In this document: one piece after another, positions 1 to 8,271 of the stretch | Position numbering within the stretch: the first letter of the stretch is position 1 | Layout: each line of letters begins with the position of its first letter | Assembly (NCBI GenBank): GCA_964393225.1 | Contig: CAYMTB010000030.1 | Location: forward strand, 1-20,617 | Direction of reading: 5' to 3' | Length of the DNA: 20,617 bases | From: an uncultured Syntrophorhabdaceae bacterium | Lineage (GTDB): Bacteria > Desulfobacterota > Syntrophorhabdia > Syntrophorhabdales > Syntrophorhabdaceae | Notes under the pieces: model-generated | Told to the model about the DNA's origin: nothing | What the model saw: the letters and a program-made list of their open reading frames with translations, nothing else | The model's database searches: none | Program-made: the position numbers and the translations under genes

Positions 1-1150
1 AAGCATCTGTGTGAAAAAGTTGCCGTGAAATGCCGTGAGTTTTGCAAGAGGGCCAATGTTGATTATGATAGGGGGCTGAATGGGCTTCTCGCCATCAAAC
101 CCTCCAGGTGGTCCTTGTGGTTCTTGCCGCCCAGCCTGTGTCTTTTTCCACTCTGCTTTCTTTATCTCTTCGTTCTTTCTTTCTTCCACACCTTCATCGT
201 ATTTCTGTTTTTTTAGTTTTGTGTCTTTGAGGAGGTCTTTGATTTCCGCGTTTTCAGGAAAATGAACGCGCAGTTTATCCAGATCTCGCTGGGCTTCATT
301 GAACTTTTGCGTGTTAACGAGCAACATTATATCGGCAAGGCTTTCTTGTAGTTTTAGCAGCTTCACTTCCTCGTCCAGTTTCTTTTCTTGCTCGTCCTTC
401 CTTCTTTCAACCTCCTGTATTTTCTCCCATATTTCCTCGGCCATCTTTGGGTATGCCTTTTCGGCATCCTGATAAAGATCTATAGCCCTCTGAAAATTAT
501 TCGATTCTTTGTAACGATCACCCCTTGTTACAAAACCTAAGGCCTTGTTTCTCGCTTCATCGTCAATCATCTCTTCGGCACATGCTTCACAGCATCTCCG
601 TTCCTTATTGTAGTGTTCTTTGTGTAAAGGTCCTTTTGCACAGAGTTTACAGGTAAATGATTGCTGGCCATCTTCAATCGGGTGTCCGCACAATGCGCAG
701 TTTATGGCTTCAGGTTTTATTTCTCTTGCACATTCATTACAAAAATATGTTTTGGGGTCTTGATGTTCGTTACAAATTAAATCCCTATTACATTTTGAGC
801 ACGTGAAATAGTTGTCCTTTACAAGCCTCTTGCAGATCGGACATCTTTCGCCGATCTTCGTAGCACTCCCCGGCTCTTTAGATTTTTCCTGATGTATATG
901 TACCTCTTTCTTGTTGACCGTTAAACCACCTCTTATTATTGAGCCCTTTATATTGACATCATCGCTTCTTGTCGTCTCCGCATTTTTCGTATCTTCTTCC
1001 TGGGTCTTTGTCGCAGAGTTTGTAAAAGCCTCTTTATTGATATGAGCATTTATGACCTTCGCGGTTTCACTCTTCGACAAAAGGGTGCTGCAGTTAAAAC
1101 ATATTTCATCTCCCTCTTTATTCGGCTGTCTACATCTCGGACAATCCATG
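1..1150 (-). CDS. Partial CDS: multi-zinc-ribbon, TPR-like/coiled-coil protein. The N-terminus (ATG as cat at 1148-1150) is in the window. The open frame runs off the left edge, so the C-terminus is missing.
   Basis: I translated the minus strand by hand from 1150 to position 1 and found no stop (about 383 aa). The ORF track lists only complete ORFs, which explains its absence there. The N-terminus is MDCPRCRQPNKEGDEICFNCSTLL, a CxxC...CxxC zinc ribbon. There are at least four more Cys pairs (CPICKRL...CSKCNRD, CNECARE...CALCGH, CKLCAKG, RCCEACAEE). A TPR-like FQRAIDLYQDAEKAYP and an E/K-rich coiled coil follow, then a Gly/Pro-rich tail (QGPPGGFDGEKP). The 27-nt gap to the upstream gene fits operon membership. 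Confidence 0.6.
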
Positions 1151-1177
1151 GCCTTCTCCTGGTAGATTTGTTATATT

Positions 1178-1954
1178 TTAAACAAATTGCTTGTTTTCTT
1201 TTCCATTTAATTGCTTTCCTTTGAGCCAGAGTTCCCACCCCATCTCGATTATCGTATTGCTGAGACCCAGACTGTAAAACACATTCTCTATTTTCATATT
1301 TCTGCAGAGCGAAACCATCTTTGCTATGCTCTCCCAGCCCTGTGTTTCGATCAGGTACTCGATAATGCTGGCTGCTTCTGCATAGGCAAGCTGTCTTATG
1401 TTTTCATCCGTATGACTAAAAAGTCTCATTGAGAGCACCTCAATAGGAATGGTTTTGTCATTCTTTATTGCATTTTGAAGCATTGAGCGATATTGATCAG
1501 ACATTTGTTGAGATATGCAGACTGCAAGTCCTTCATTCAACCAGTCGGGACAATTACCGTGGCACATTAGATCAAGGGCAAGGTGCGTTATCTCATGTGT
1601 CAGGACTACGCACAAAGACTCGGTGTCGCCATTCTCGAGTTCCGAAATGACTCTGATCTCTCCATCATATATGCCTGCTATCCAGGAGGCGTAGCGACTT
1701 CTCGACCTCCCTTCCTGTCTCATTTCCTCTTTGGAGTTATAAATATGAATATCTATTCCCCCGGGATTATATCCAAACATTTTTTGTATTATGCTTTGCG
1801 CCCGTTTGACCGTTCGGAACAATGCAAGAATGTCATGGTTCGGGTTCTTGATGTGAAATGAAATATTAATATCGTCTTGAGAAAGTCTGACGAAATCATC
1901 CCCACCGATATAACTTGAATCTGCTCCCTCCAAGCCTGTTGTTTCGCCTTGCAT
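1178..1954 (-). CDS. Gluzincin-type zinc metallopeptidase (peptidase MA-like domain)
   Basis: The 258-aa ORF contains VVLTHEITHLALDLMCHGNCPDWLNEGLAV. This is HExxH followed about 19 residues later by a NEGLA-type glutamate, the thermolysin/gluzincin signature. It is tightly spaced, 29 nt downstream of the transglutaminase-like gene. Confidence 0.65.
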   Translation of the reverse strand: MQGETTGLEGADSSYIGGDDFVRLSQDDINISFHIKNPNHDILALFRTVKRAQSIIQKMFGYNPGGIDIHIYNSKEEMRQEGRSRSRYASWIAGIYDGEIRVISELENGDTESLCVVLTHEITHLALDLMCHGNCPDWLNEGLAVCISQQMSDQYRSMLQNAIKNDKTIPIEVLSMRLFSHTDENIRQLAYAEAASIIEYLIETQGWESIAKMVSLCRNMKIENVFYSLGLSNTIIEMGWELWLKGKQLNGKENKQFV

Positions 1955-1983
1955 AACCCGCCTTCCGGTTTGTCAGACTGTGC

Positions 1984-3207
1984 TCACAATGGTAACGGTG
2001 CCACCCTCTCTCTCGCAATTATCACATCTATAACGGCCTCAAAAGATTTTGAGCAATAAAAGATTCCCTGATCTACACATTCCTTGAAATTCTTCTCGGA
2101 TGTAAAGGTCGTCGAGTTAATGGGTAAAATAAAACCTTCTTCTATTGCATTTTTGTACCGGTCATATCGTCCGTTTAAAAAAGCCATGTATTCTTCGTTA
2201 TTATCTATCCTCTTTTGTGAATACAGCTCTTTATCATGTTCCCAGAATTCATAAAACTTACCCATTGAGCGCCATACACCGAGAAAGGCATGGCCTGGAA
2301 TGAGAAATATCAGTGGATATAATCCGATCCTTTCCAAGCAAGCCGCATATAACAGGGCAAGATCGAGGCACGTCCCACGCCCTATATCCAGTATCTCTTC
2401 GGGCGGTAAGATTTTTTGCCCGGTTTTTTCAAAGCTTGCCGGAGGGTTTATGTATTTGATCTGGAGCTCATTCTGCAAAATAAGATAAAAGGCATGTGTC
2501 ATCGCAGTAACCTTATCTGCATTTCCCGACTGGTATCCGTCGAGAGATGATCCGAAATTGAGCTGTTCAAGGTAACTACCGGCCCCCTTTATGGCTTCTT
2601 TGACCGCAGTGGAATTAGGAAAGATAAAGCTTGCCAGTATATCGGGAAACAGCGGATGAAAATACCATTCATGATATGCCAGCACTTGAATTGGTCTTGT
2701 GTCAGCAAAGAGGGTATTTCCATCGGAAGCAATTTCAAACTTTAATGAGGCTTGCTCTTTTTCGTTCACATCACGGAGTCTCTTCTTGTCAATAGAGAGA
2801 TTAATATCCTCGTTCGTAAATTCTATATGCTGTCTTGATGGAATAGACTGGACAGTTTTCTCCCAGGGTACACAGTAGTCAGGGGCAAGTTCAATCCTGA
2901 GAATAATGTTGTGGATATCCGAGTATGATACATTGGAAATTTTAATGCTGTTCAGGAAGGGTACTCCACAATTCACAAGAGACCAGTTGAGCCTGTCCCA
3001 GCAATCAATATCAACCTGAATGTCCCTGGATTCTGCAGCCTTGAAACTGGTAAATCCCGACGATGAGCTCCGCTTGCCCGCTGTTTCGGATAAACCAGGG
3101 CTATCAGTATATCGTTTTTCGATATCAACCTTTGTAAAATCATGACCGCATGACGGACAGGTATTGTCGAGAATGCTGACTTCGGCCTTGCACCTTTTAC
3201 AGATCAT
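1984..3207 (-). CDS. N-terminal zinc-ribbon protein with a C-terminal transglutaminase-like cysteine protease fold
   Basis: The 407-aa ORF starts MICKRCKAEVSILDNTCPSCGHDF (CxxC-x11-CxxC). The C-terminal region GRGTCLDLALLYAACLERIGLYPLIFLIPGHAFLGVW...EHD fits the Cys-His-Asp transglutaminase-like core. Its start overlaps the stop of the upstream kinase gene by 4 nt. Confidence 0.7.
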   Translation of the reverse strand: MICKRCKAEVSILDNTCPSCGHDFTKVDIEKRYTDSPGLSETAGKRSSSSGFTSFKAAESRDIQVDIDCWDRLNWSLVNCGVPFLNSIKISNVSYSDIHNIILRIELAPDYCVPWEKTVQSIPSRQHIEFTNEDINLSIDKKRLRDVNEKEQASLKFEIASDGNTLFADTRPIQVLAYHEWYFHPLFPDILASFIFPNSTAVKEAIKGAGSYLEQLNFGSSLDGYQSGNADKVTAMTHAFYLILQNELQIKYINPPASFEKTGQKILPPEEILDIGRGTCLDLALLYAACLERIGLYPLIFLIPGHAFLGVWRSMGKFYEFWEHDKELYSQKRIDNNEEYMAFLNGRYDRYKNAIEEGFILPINSTTFTSEKNFKECVDQGIFYCSKSFEAVIDVIIARERVAPLPL

Positions 3208-5018
3208 ACAATAGCATTCCTTAATTCGTTTATACTCTGCCAGCGTTTCTCGCGCTCAAAAAGTATGCATTTCTGGATAGCTTTGTTGATCCGAAGTGAT
3301 GCTGCATCACTCTCTACAAATACAGGGACATAGGTGTTGTCGTGGTCCGTTGTCTTTCCCGTCAATACCTCATAAAGTGTAATCCCGAGAGAGAAAATAT
3401 CATCCCTTTCGTCTACATCGGCAGAATTAGCCCTCTGCTGGGGCGATGCGTATGGGGTGGTATAGGCGTGAAAGGCTATCCTGGACATCTTTATATCATC
3501 TTTATCTTTAGCAAGACCAAAATCGGCAAGCTTAATCCTTGCCGGATCAAGCGAGGTGTCGAGGAGTATGTTTTTGGGCTTTATATCCCGGTGGACGATA
3601 CCATTCTTATGAATGTATTCAACGGCATCAAGTAGTTGTGTGGTGAGTCCCCTGAATATCCCGTGAGTGAGGGGTTTTTTCAGTATGAATTCATTGAGGT
3701 CCCCGCCACCGATATAATCGAGGACAATGTAATGTTCGCCATTGGCCTCACCGTATTCGTATCCCTTGAGTATGTTTGGATGATCGAGCTTTTCTACAAG
3801 GAGTCTCCCTTCCCTCTTGAATCTGGCAATAAGCATCTCTGGGGATGCTTGAGTAGAAAGCTTCTCAAGCATCAGGTATTTAATAACTATGGGTTGGTTG
3901 CCTTCTATCCTGATCCCTCGAAATAATCTTGCCATACCGCCAGTGGCAATCTCTTCGAGTTTCATGTATTTCTTATCAAATGCCCCTTCTTCCCCTTTTT
4001 GCTTATCGTAAACCTTTTTGAGTCTCTCTATGGCGTTTTTAAGATCTGATTCTTCATGGGAAGTAAGTTTCCTGTCATACTCCGACGTTGGGTCAGTGGT
4101 AAGGAGTTTTTTCATGTCAAGCTTGTTTATTACTCGTCTTAACTCTGAGGCAACTGGCATGTCCTTTTCTGCACTATAGATATCGAGTACTGTTTGTCGG
4201 TTCACTTCTCCGTTCTCTTCTATTACCTTCAAGAGATACGTTGCAGCGTCTTTCCTGAGCTTTGCATCGGGGCTTTCTCTCAGGAAGTCACAGAGGGCTA
4301 TAGGGTCAAGGGGGAAAAGTTGTTTGGTTGGTCCTTCATTGGCATTAATATGGCGCTCATGATCTGCTTTATTCTCTTTCTTCTTCTGCTTGCCTGGTTC
4401 GCTGATAGGCCGACAAAGCAGTACATCTTCTATAAGTCTCCTGATTTCGCTTGCTGTCAGATTAATTTCCTTACTCCTGACTTGATGTGCTTTTTCAGGT
4501 AATTCAGGAAAGCCAACGATATGGAACCACGGCAACAAATTAAAGTTGAAGTATAATTGAGATTCTTGGTGAAGACGTGGGGAAATAGCTACGATGCTGC
4601 TTATCTGTTTAAACTCTGTATGTTCGGCTTTCTGGGATGCAATAAACCTGGGACGATTTTGGTTCAGAAAATCTCTCAGCGCAAAGTAATAAGCTCTCAC
4701 CTGCTGAAAAGGATTCCCGTGTTTCCCTCCCTTAAGATAAGCTTGTTCACCGTTCTGCCCGTCCATAATGAGCCATTCCCCGTTTTCCGACGCCTTAATC
4801 GGCTTTGAACATTCCTTCAGTTCAATGATGATGATCCCATTTTCCTTAAAAACAGCAAGGTCCATATCTGCAATACCACAACTGAAGTTAAAAGCTACAC
4901 CGACAAAAGTATCCAAACTGGAGAATTTTGCAGAGAACATGTCTATTATCTGTTGCTGGGCTGACACTTCATGGGCATATTCAAACTCCGGTTTGCCCGT
5001 CCAGAACTCTATCGGCAT
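3204..5018 (-). CDS. NERD (nuclease-related, PD-(D/E)xK-like) domain fused to a Hanks-type Ser/Thr protein kinase
   Basis: The 604-aa ORF has an N-terminal region (residues ~10-125) matching the NERD pattern: EYAHEVSAQQQIIDMF, then ADMDLAVFKENGIIIIELKE (D...ELK catalytic-like motif), then ENGEWLI, then NPFQQVRAYYFALRDFL. The C-terminal half (~350-604) carries kinase subdomains: IATGGMARLF, IVIKYL (Lys), HRDIKPKNILL, ADFGLA, SPQQ (APE-like) and DIFSLGITLYEVLTG. A strong SD, AGGAGGGG, lies 3 nt before the ATG. Confidence 0.8.
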   Translation of the reverse strand: MPIEFWTGKPEFEYAHEVSAQQQIIDMFSAKFSSLDTFVGVAFNFSCGIADMDLAVFKENGIIIIELKECSKPIKASENGEWLIMDGQNGEQAYLKGGKHGNPFQQVRAYYFALRDFLNQNRPRFIASQKAEHTEFKQISSIVAISPRLHQESQLYFNFNLLPWFHIVGFPELPEKAHQVRSKEINLTASEIRRLIEDVLLCRPISEPGKQKKKENKADHERHINANEGPTKQLFPLDPIALCDFLRESPDAKLRKDAATYLLKVIEENGEVNRQTVLDIYSAEKDMPVASELRRVINKLDMKKLLTTDPTSEYDRKLTSHEESDLKNAIERLKKVYDKQKGEEGAFDKKYMKLEEIATGGMARLFRGIRIEGNQPIVIKYLMLEKLSTQASPEMLIARFKREGRLLVEKLDHPNILKGYEYGEANGEHYIVLDYIGGGDLNEFILKKPLTHGIFRGLTTQLLDAVEYIHKNGIVHRDIKPKNILLDTSLDPARIKLADFGLAKDKDDIKMSRIAFHAYTTPYASPQQRANSADVDERDDIFSLGITLYEVLTGKTTDHDNTYVPVFVESDAASLRINKAIQKCILFEREKRWQSINELRNAIV

Positions 5019-5045
5019 TTACCCCTCCTGAATGGTTTCAGTAAA

Positions 5046-7160
5046 CTAATCGGGTTCTATTTCGTATCTACAGGAAGGACATCGTTTTGCTGGCGCTTTG
5101 AATTCAATCTTCTTTTTGCAGCTCGGGCATATCGTTACATAGACAACCTCTTTTTCCGGCGTACCCATTTGAACATTATAGAAACCAGGTCCTCCTGGAC
5201 TTCCCCCGGGGCCAGGGTAAAATCCACCGGGGGGCCCGCCCTGGCCGTATGGAGGATATACAACATTCGGTCTCCCACTCTGAGCAACACCTACAGCAAT
5301 GTCCTTTGCCGTATCGAGGGCCTTGTTGTGTTCCCGCTCGAACTGAGCCATGGCCTTATCCTTTTCCTGGAGGGTTTTGTCTTTTTCCTCCATTATTTGC
5401 TTGTAGAATGCATCCCTCTCTTCATGAGATAAAGCTTCAAGGGCTTTTGCCAGTTCAGGTGATTTCTGTGCCATGTACCATTTGACCTTCTCCTCGGATA
5501 AATCCTTAAGGTTTTCGGATTCCCGCATCTCCTTGATTATCCTTGCCTGTTCAGGTCCCACCATGGCAAGAATTGCCTCTACCTTTACATTGTCAAAGGT
5601 TTTTATCTTATCTATCTCGTGCTGTTGAGCGGCACGTATTTTTTCCATTTCAAGCGCTTGCAGCTTTGTCTGTCTCTCTAATTCCGTCAACATACGTTCA
5701 TGGTCTTCTTTGCGGTTTACTGCCTGTAATTTTTCCAAGGCTAAGAGATCGTTCTCATCTTCCAGTTTTTCCAGTTCTAATTCGATCCTTTTCTTTTCTG
5801 CTTCGGTTTTGGCTTTATCCAGTTCTATCCTGAGAGTTACTTCGCTGTTCCTGGCCTGCTCTTCCCTTGCAATAAGGTTCCGAATCTTCAGTTCATCTAT
5901 TTCAGCATTTAACTGAACCTTTTTCTTCTCAATCTGTTTTTCAAGAACCTCTTTTTCTATACCTTCCTTCCCTACCAGCCTCTGTCTCTCGTAGTCCAGT
6001 TCCTGCTGCAGGGAAAGCTGCCTTATTGCAAATTGCCTTCTAAGATTATGATCCACCGCCTTCTCGTCAAGCGTTATCTTTAACTCCCTCATTTCTTCAT
6101 CACGCAGAAGCTTTCCCTTTTCTATCTCCATGAGAAAAATCTCAATTTCCTCATCGGATTTACCCTTGTCAAGAAGGTATTCCTTCAGGCGTTTCCTTGT
6201 ATCGGCGGCAACCTTCCATTCACCTATTTCCTGATCAGCTTCAACGCCTTTTACGTCCAGATCAGCTTCCATTTTTGCCCGTTTCCGATCAACCATTGCC
6301 TTGGACATCATCCGGTAGTGTTCCGTTTTCTTTGTTTCCTCGAAGATATCCTGGAGCTGAGACTCATCGTACACGTCAAACAGCCTTTTTCTCCTCTTCA
6401 GTTTTGCATCTTCTTCGCTCACGAGGAGAAAAATCTCCTCGTTAATGCCCCTTATCTTGTCATAACCCTTAAAATTGTAGTCGACTGTTCGAAGCTGTAT
6501 AAAACGAAAACCATTCCGCTCGAAAGTCCTTTCAAGGTGTTTCTCCACAGAGACCTCAAACTCACGCTTCAAGTCTAAATTCCAGTTAAGATCACTCACT
6601 GACCTTTCACTTATTAATGCATTGAATGCATTCTGCATTTCATAATAGAGAGACGCCCTCAATTCATTCTTAGGGTATCGCTCCATGCGCTTCACGACAT
6701 TGTTGTAGAATTTCGTGTAATCTGCTATCTGGACTACGACATTGCAACGGATATCTATTGAAAGAGGGTCTTTCGTATATGCCGGTATGATTATGGTAAA
6801 TTCAAGATCACTCGCATCGACAATAACGGCAGTAACCTTTCTGTATGTTCCGGGAATAGAATCAGAAATCTCGTTAAGCCAACCTTCGTTGTATAGGCCT
6901 GGTTCTAATGTCTCTGCAAGGGCACCATTAATAAAGAGAAGTGCCTTGTTTCCCTGTTCTACGACGATACCTTTTTTCAGCGTTGCGGGGAAATCGTCGT
7001 AGTCAACGCGGGTGGCAATATACTCAGCATCCCTTTGCCATGAAGCGCCTTCCATATTTGACGCTTCAGGTGTTTCGCCGAGTTGCTCCGAGCATTCTAT
7101 GCAATATCTTTCCCCGGCTGGATTTTCGTGACCCTTGGAACACCTGACTATTTCCGGCAT
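5046..7160 (-). CDS. SPFH/band-7 (flotillin-like) protein with zinc ribbons at both termini, a long E/K-rich coiled coil and a Gly/Pro-rich tail. No transmembrane segment.
   Basis: The 704-aa ORF starts MPEIVRCSKGHENPAGERYCIECSEQL (zinc ribbon). The SPFH core follows: KGIVVEQGNKALLFINGALAETLEPGLYN ... TIIIPAYTKDPLSIDIRCNVVVQIADYTKFYNNV ... LRASLYYEMQNAFNALISERSVSDL. After that come ~330 aa of charged heptad-like sequence, then GGPPGGFYPGPGGSPGGPGFY, then CPSCKKKIEF...CPSCRYEIEPD (second zinc ribbon). An SD, GAGGGGG, precedes the ATG. Confidence 0.7.
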   Translation of the reverse strand: MPEIVRCSKGHENPAGERYCIECSEQLGETPEASNMEGASWQRDAEYIATRVDYDDFPATLKKGIVVEQGNKALLFINGALAETLEPGLYNEGWLNEISDSIPGTYRKVTAVIVDASDLEFTIIIPAYTKDPLSIDIRCNVVVQIADYTKFYNNVVKRMERYPKNELRASLYYEMQNAFNALISERSVSDLNWNLDLKREFEVSVEKHLERTFERNGFRFIQLRTVDYNFKGYDKIRGINEEIFLLVSEEDAKLKRRKRLFDVYDESQLQDIFEETKKTEHYRMMSKAMVDRKRAKMEADLDVKGVEADQEIGEWKVAADTRKRLKEYLLDKGKSDEEIEIFLMEIEKGKLLRDEEMRELKITLDEKAVDHNLRRQFAIRQLSLQQELDYERQRLVGKEGIEKEVLEKQIEKKKVQLNAEIDELKIRNLIAREEQARNSEVTLRIELDKAKTEAEKKRIELELEKLEDENDLLALEKLQAVNRKEDHERMLTELERQTKLQALEMEKIRAAQQHEIDKIKTFDNVKVEAILAMVGPEQARIIKEMRESENLKDLSEEKVKWYMAQKSPELAKALEALSHEERDAFYKQIMEEKDKTLQEKDKAMAQFEREHNKALDTAKDIAVGVAQSGRPNVVYPPYGQGGPPGGFYPGPGGSPGGPGFYNVQMGTPEKEVVYVTICPSCKKKIEFKAPAKRCPSCRYEIEPD

Positions 7161-7209
7161 TTTATACCCCCTCTATGGACTTATGGACTTTATGATAAAC
7201 TTGATTTCC

Positions 7210-8271
7210 TCATATTTTTCTATTTCTGAATTCATTTACAACATTCTTAATGGAGCGATGCAATGTATTTACATCCTTTTCGATATTATCTGTACCGTCT
7301 GCAGTAACCTTGTCGTATAGTAAGCCGCTTGCCTTTGTAAGGGTTTCGAGACTTTCCTTGAATTCTCTATCAAATTCGAGGGTCTCTTTCAATTCTCCTT
7401 TACTGCGCATTGCCGTACTCCCCCTGGCAGCGTTCTCAACGAGTTCCTTCAGGGCCAAGGCATCCATCTCCAGGTCTTTCATCATCCTGGCTGCCTTACT
7501 GCTGCCCTTGTCCATTGCTTTCGATTTTGCCTCGGAGATATCAGTAAGTACCTTGCCGACCTCCTTTGCAAGGTTCACCCGCGTTTTTACATCCTCTGTT
7601 ATCACATTTTCTTTCACCTTTGTCTTCACGCGGACCAATACTATCAAAGCAATAAAACCAAGGACGATGACAACAACCCCGATGAAAAGACCGTTTCTCC
7701 AAGGTGACACAGCAGTCACGGCAAAGTCCTTCGAGAAGACAATCTCGCCTTTCTCCACATCGTCGAGCTTCAGGTGAACCTTCATGGAATACGAGAGAAA
7801 ACCACTTCCGGCAGCATCCACCTTTCCCATGAGAAGCCCTTGAACGCCCTTGATCTTGCCATGCCGAATCCTCGTTTTCTCATCCATAATATCCTTGAGC
7901 TGGAGGCCCTGCTCTGTCAGTATCTTGTCGAGATCGGCCCGCTCGATTACTTTAAAGCTGGTTTTTTCCGTTATTGCTGACACAACAGCGTTCCTGATTG
8001 TGCCATCATCACCTTCAAGGTCGAGTACTGTTATCCGGACAATACTTCCTTCCACGGGAAGCGCCTTCACTAAAACTCTCTGGAAGTTTTTGATAGCCTG
8101 GCTTTTGAGATCCTCTGCTGCAAAAGCAGATATGGAAAAGAAAAACAGAAAAACGAAGCAAATGAATACAGCTGATAGGTTTTTTCTTTGCATTAAACCC
8201 CTCCCTAAGCGCCCCCGCAGATTTTTTTTAATAATTTCATTGTAAATTACGTTATCCATAAAGTCAATCAT
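7210..8271 (-). CDS. Membrane protein with an N-terminal signal/anchor, a periplasmic CsgG/LpoB-like region, one TM helix and a charged cytoplasmic tail
   Basis: The 353-aa ORF has a hydrophobic N-terminus, AVFICFVFLFFFSISAFAAE. The motif FKVIERADLDKILTEQGLQL is typical of the CsgG/FlgO/LpoB-type periplasmic fold. An internal TM, LFIGVVVIVLGFIALIVLV, is followed by an E/K-rich tail. The true start may be the internal MQRKNL. The gene abuts the stop of the upstream gene (8272). Confidence 0.45.
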   Translation of the reverse strand: MIDFMDNVIYNEIIKKNLRGRLGRGLMQRKNLSAVFICFVFLFFFSISAFAAEDLKSQAIKNFQRVLVKALPVEGSIVRITVLDLEGDDGTIRNAVVSAITEKTSFKVIERADLDKILTEQGLQLKDIMDEKTRIRHGKIKGVQGLLMGKVDAAGSGFLSYSMKVHLKLDDVEKGEIVFSKDFAVTAVSPWRNGLFIGVVVIVLGFIALIVLVRVKTKVKENVITEDVKTRVNLAKEVGKVLTDISEAKSKAMDKGSSKAARMMKDLEMDALALKELVENAARGSTAMRSKGELKETLEFDREFKESLETLTKASGLLYDKVTADGTDNIEKDVNTLHRSIKNVVNEFRNRKI

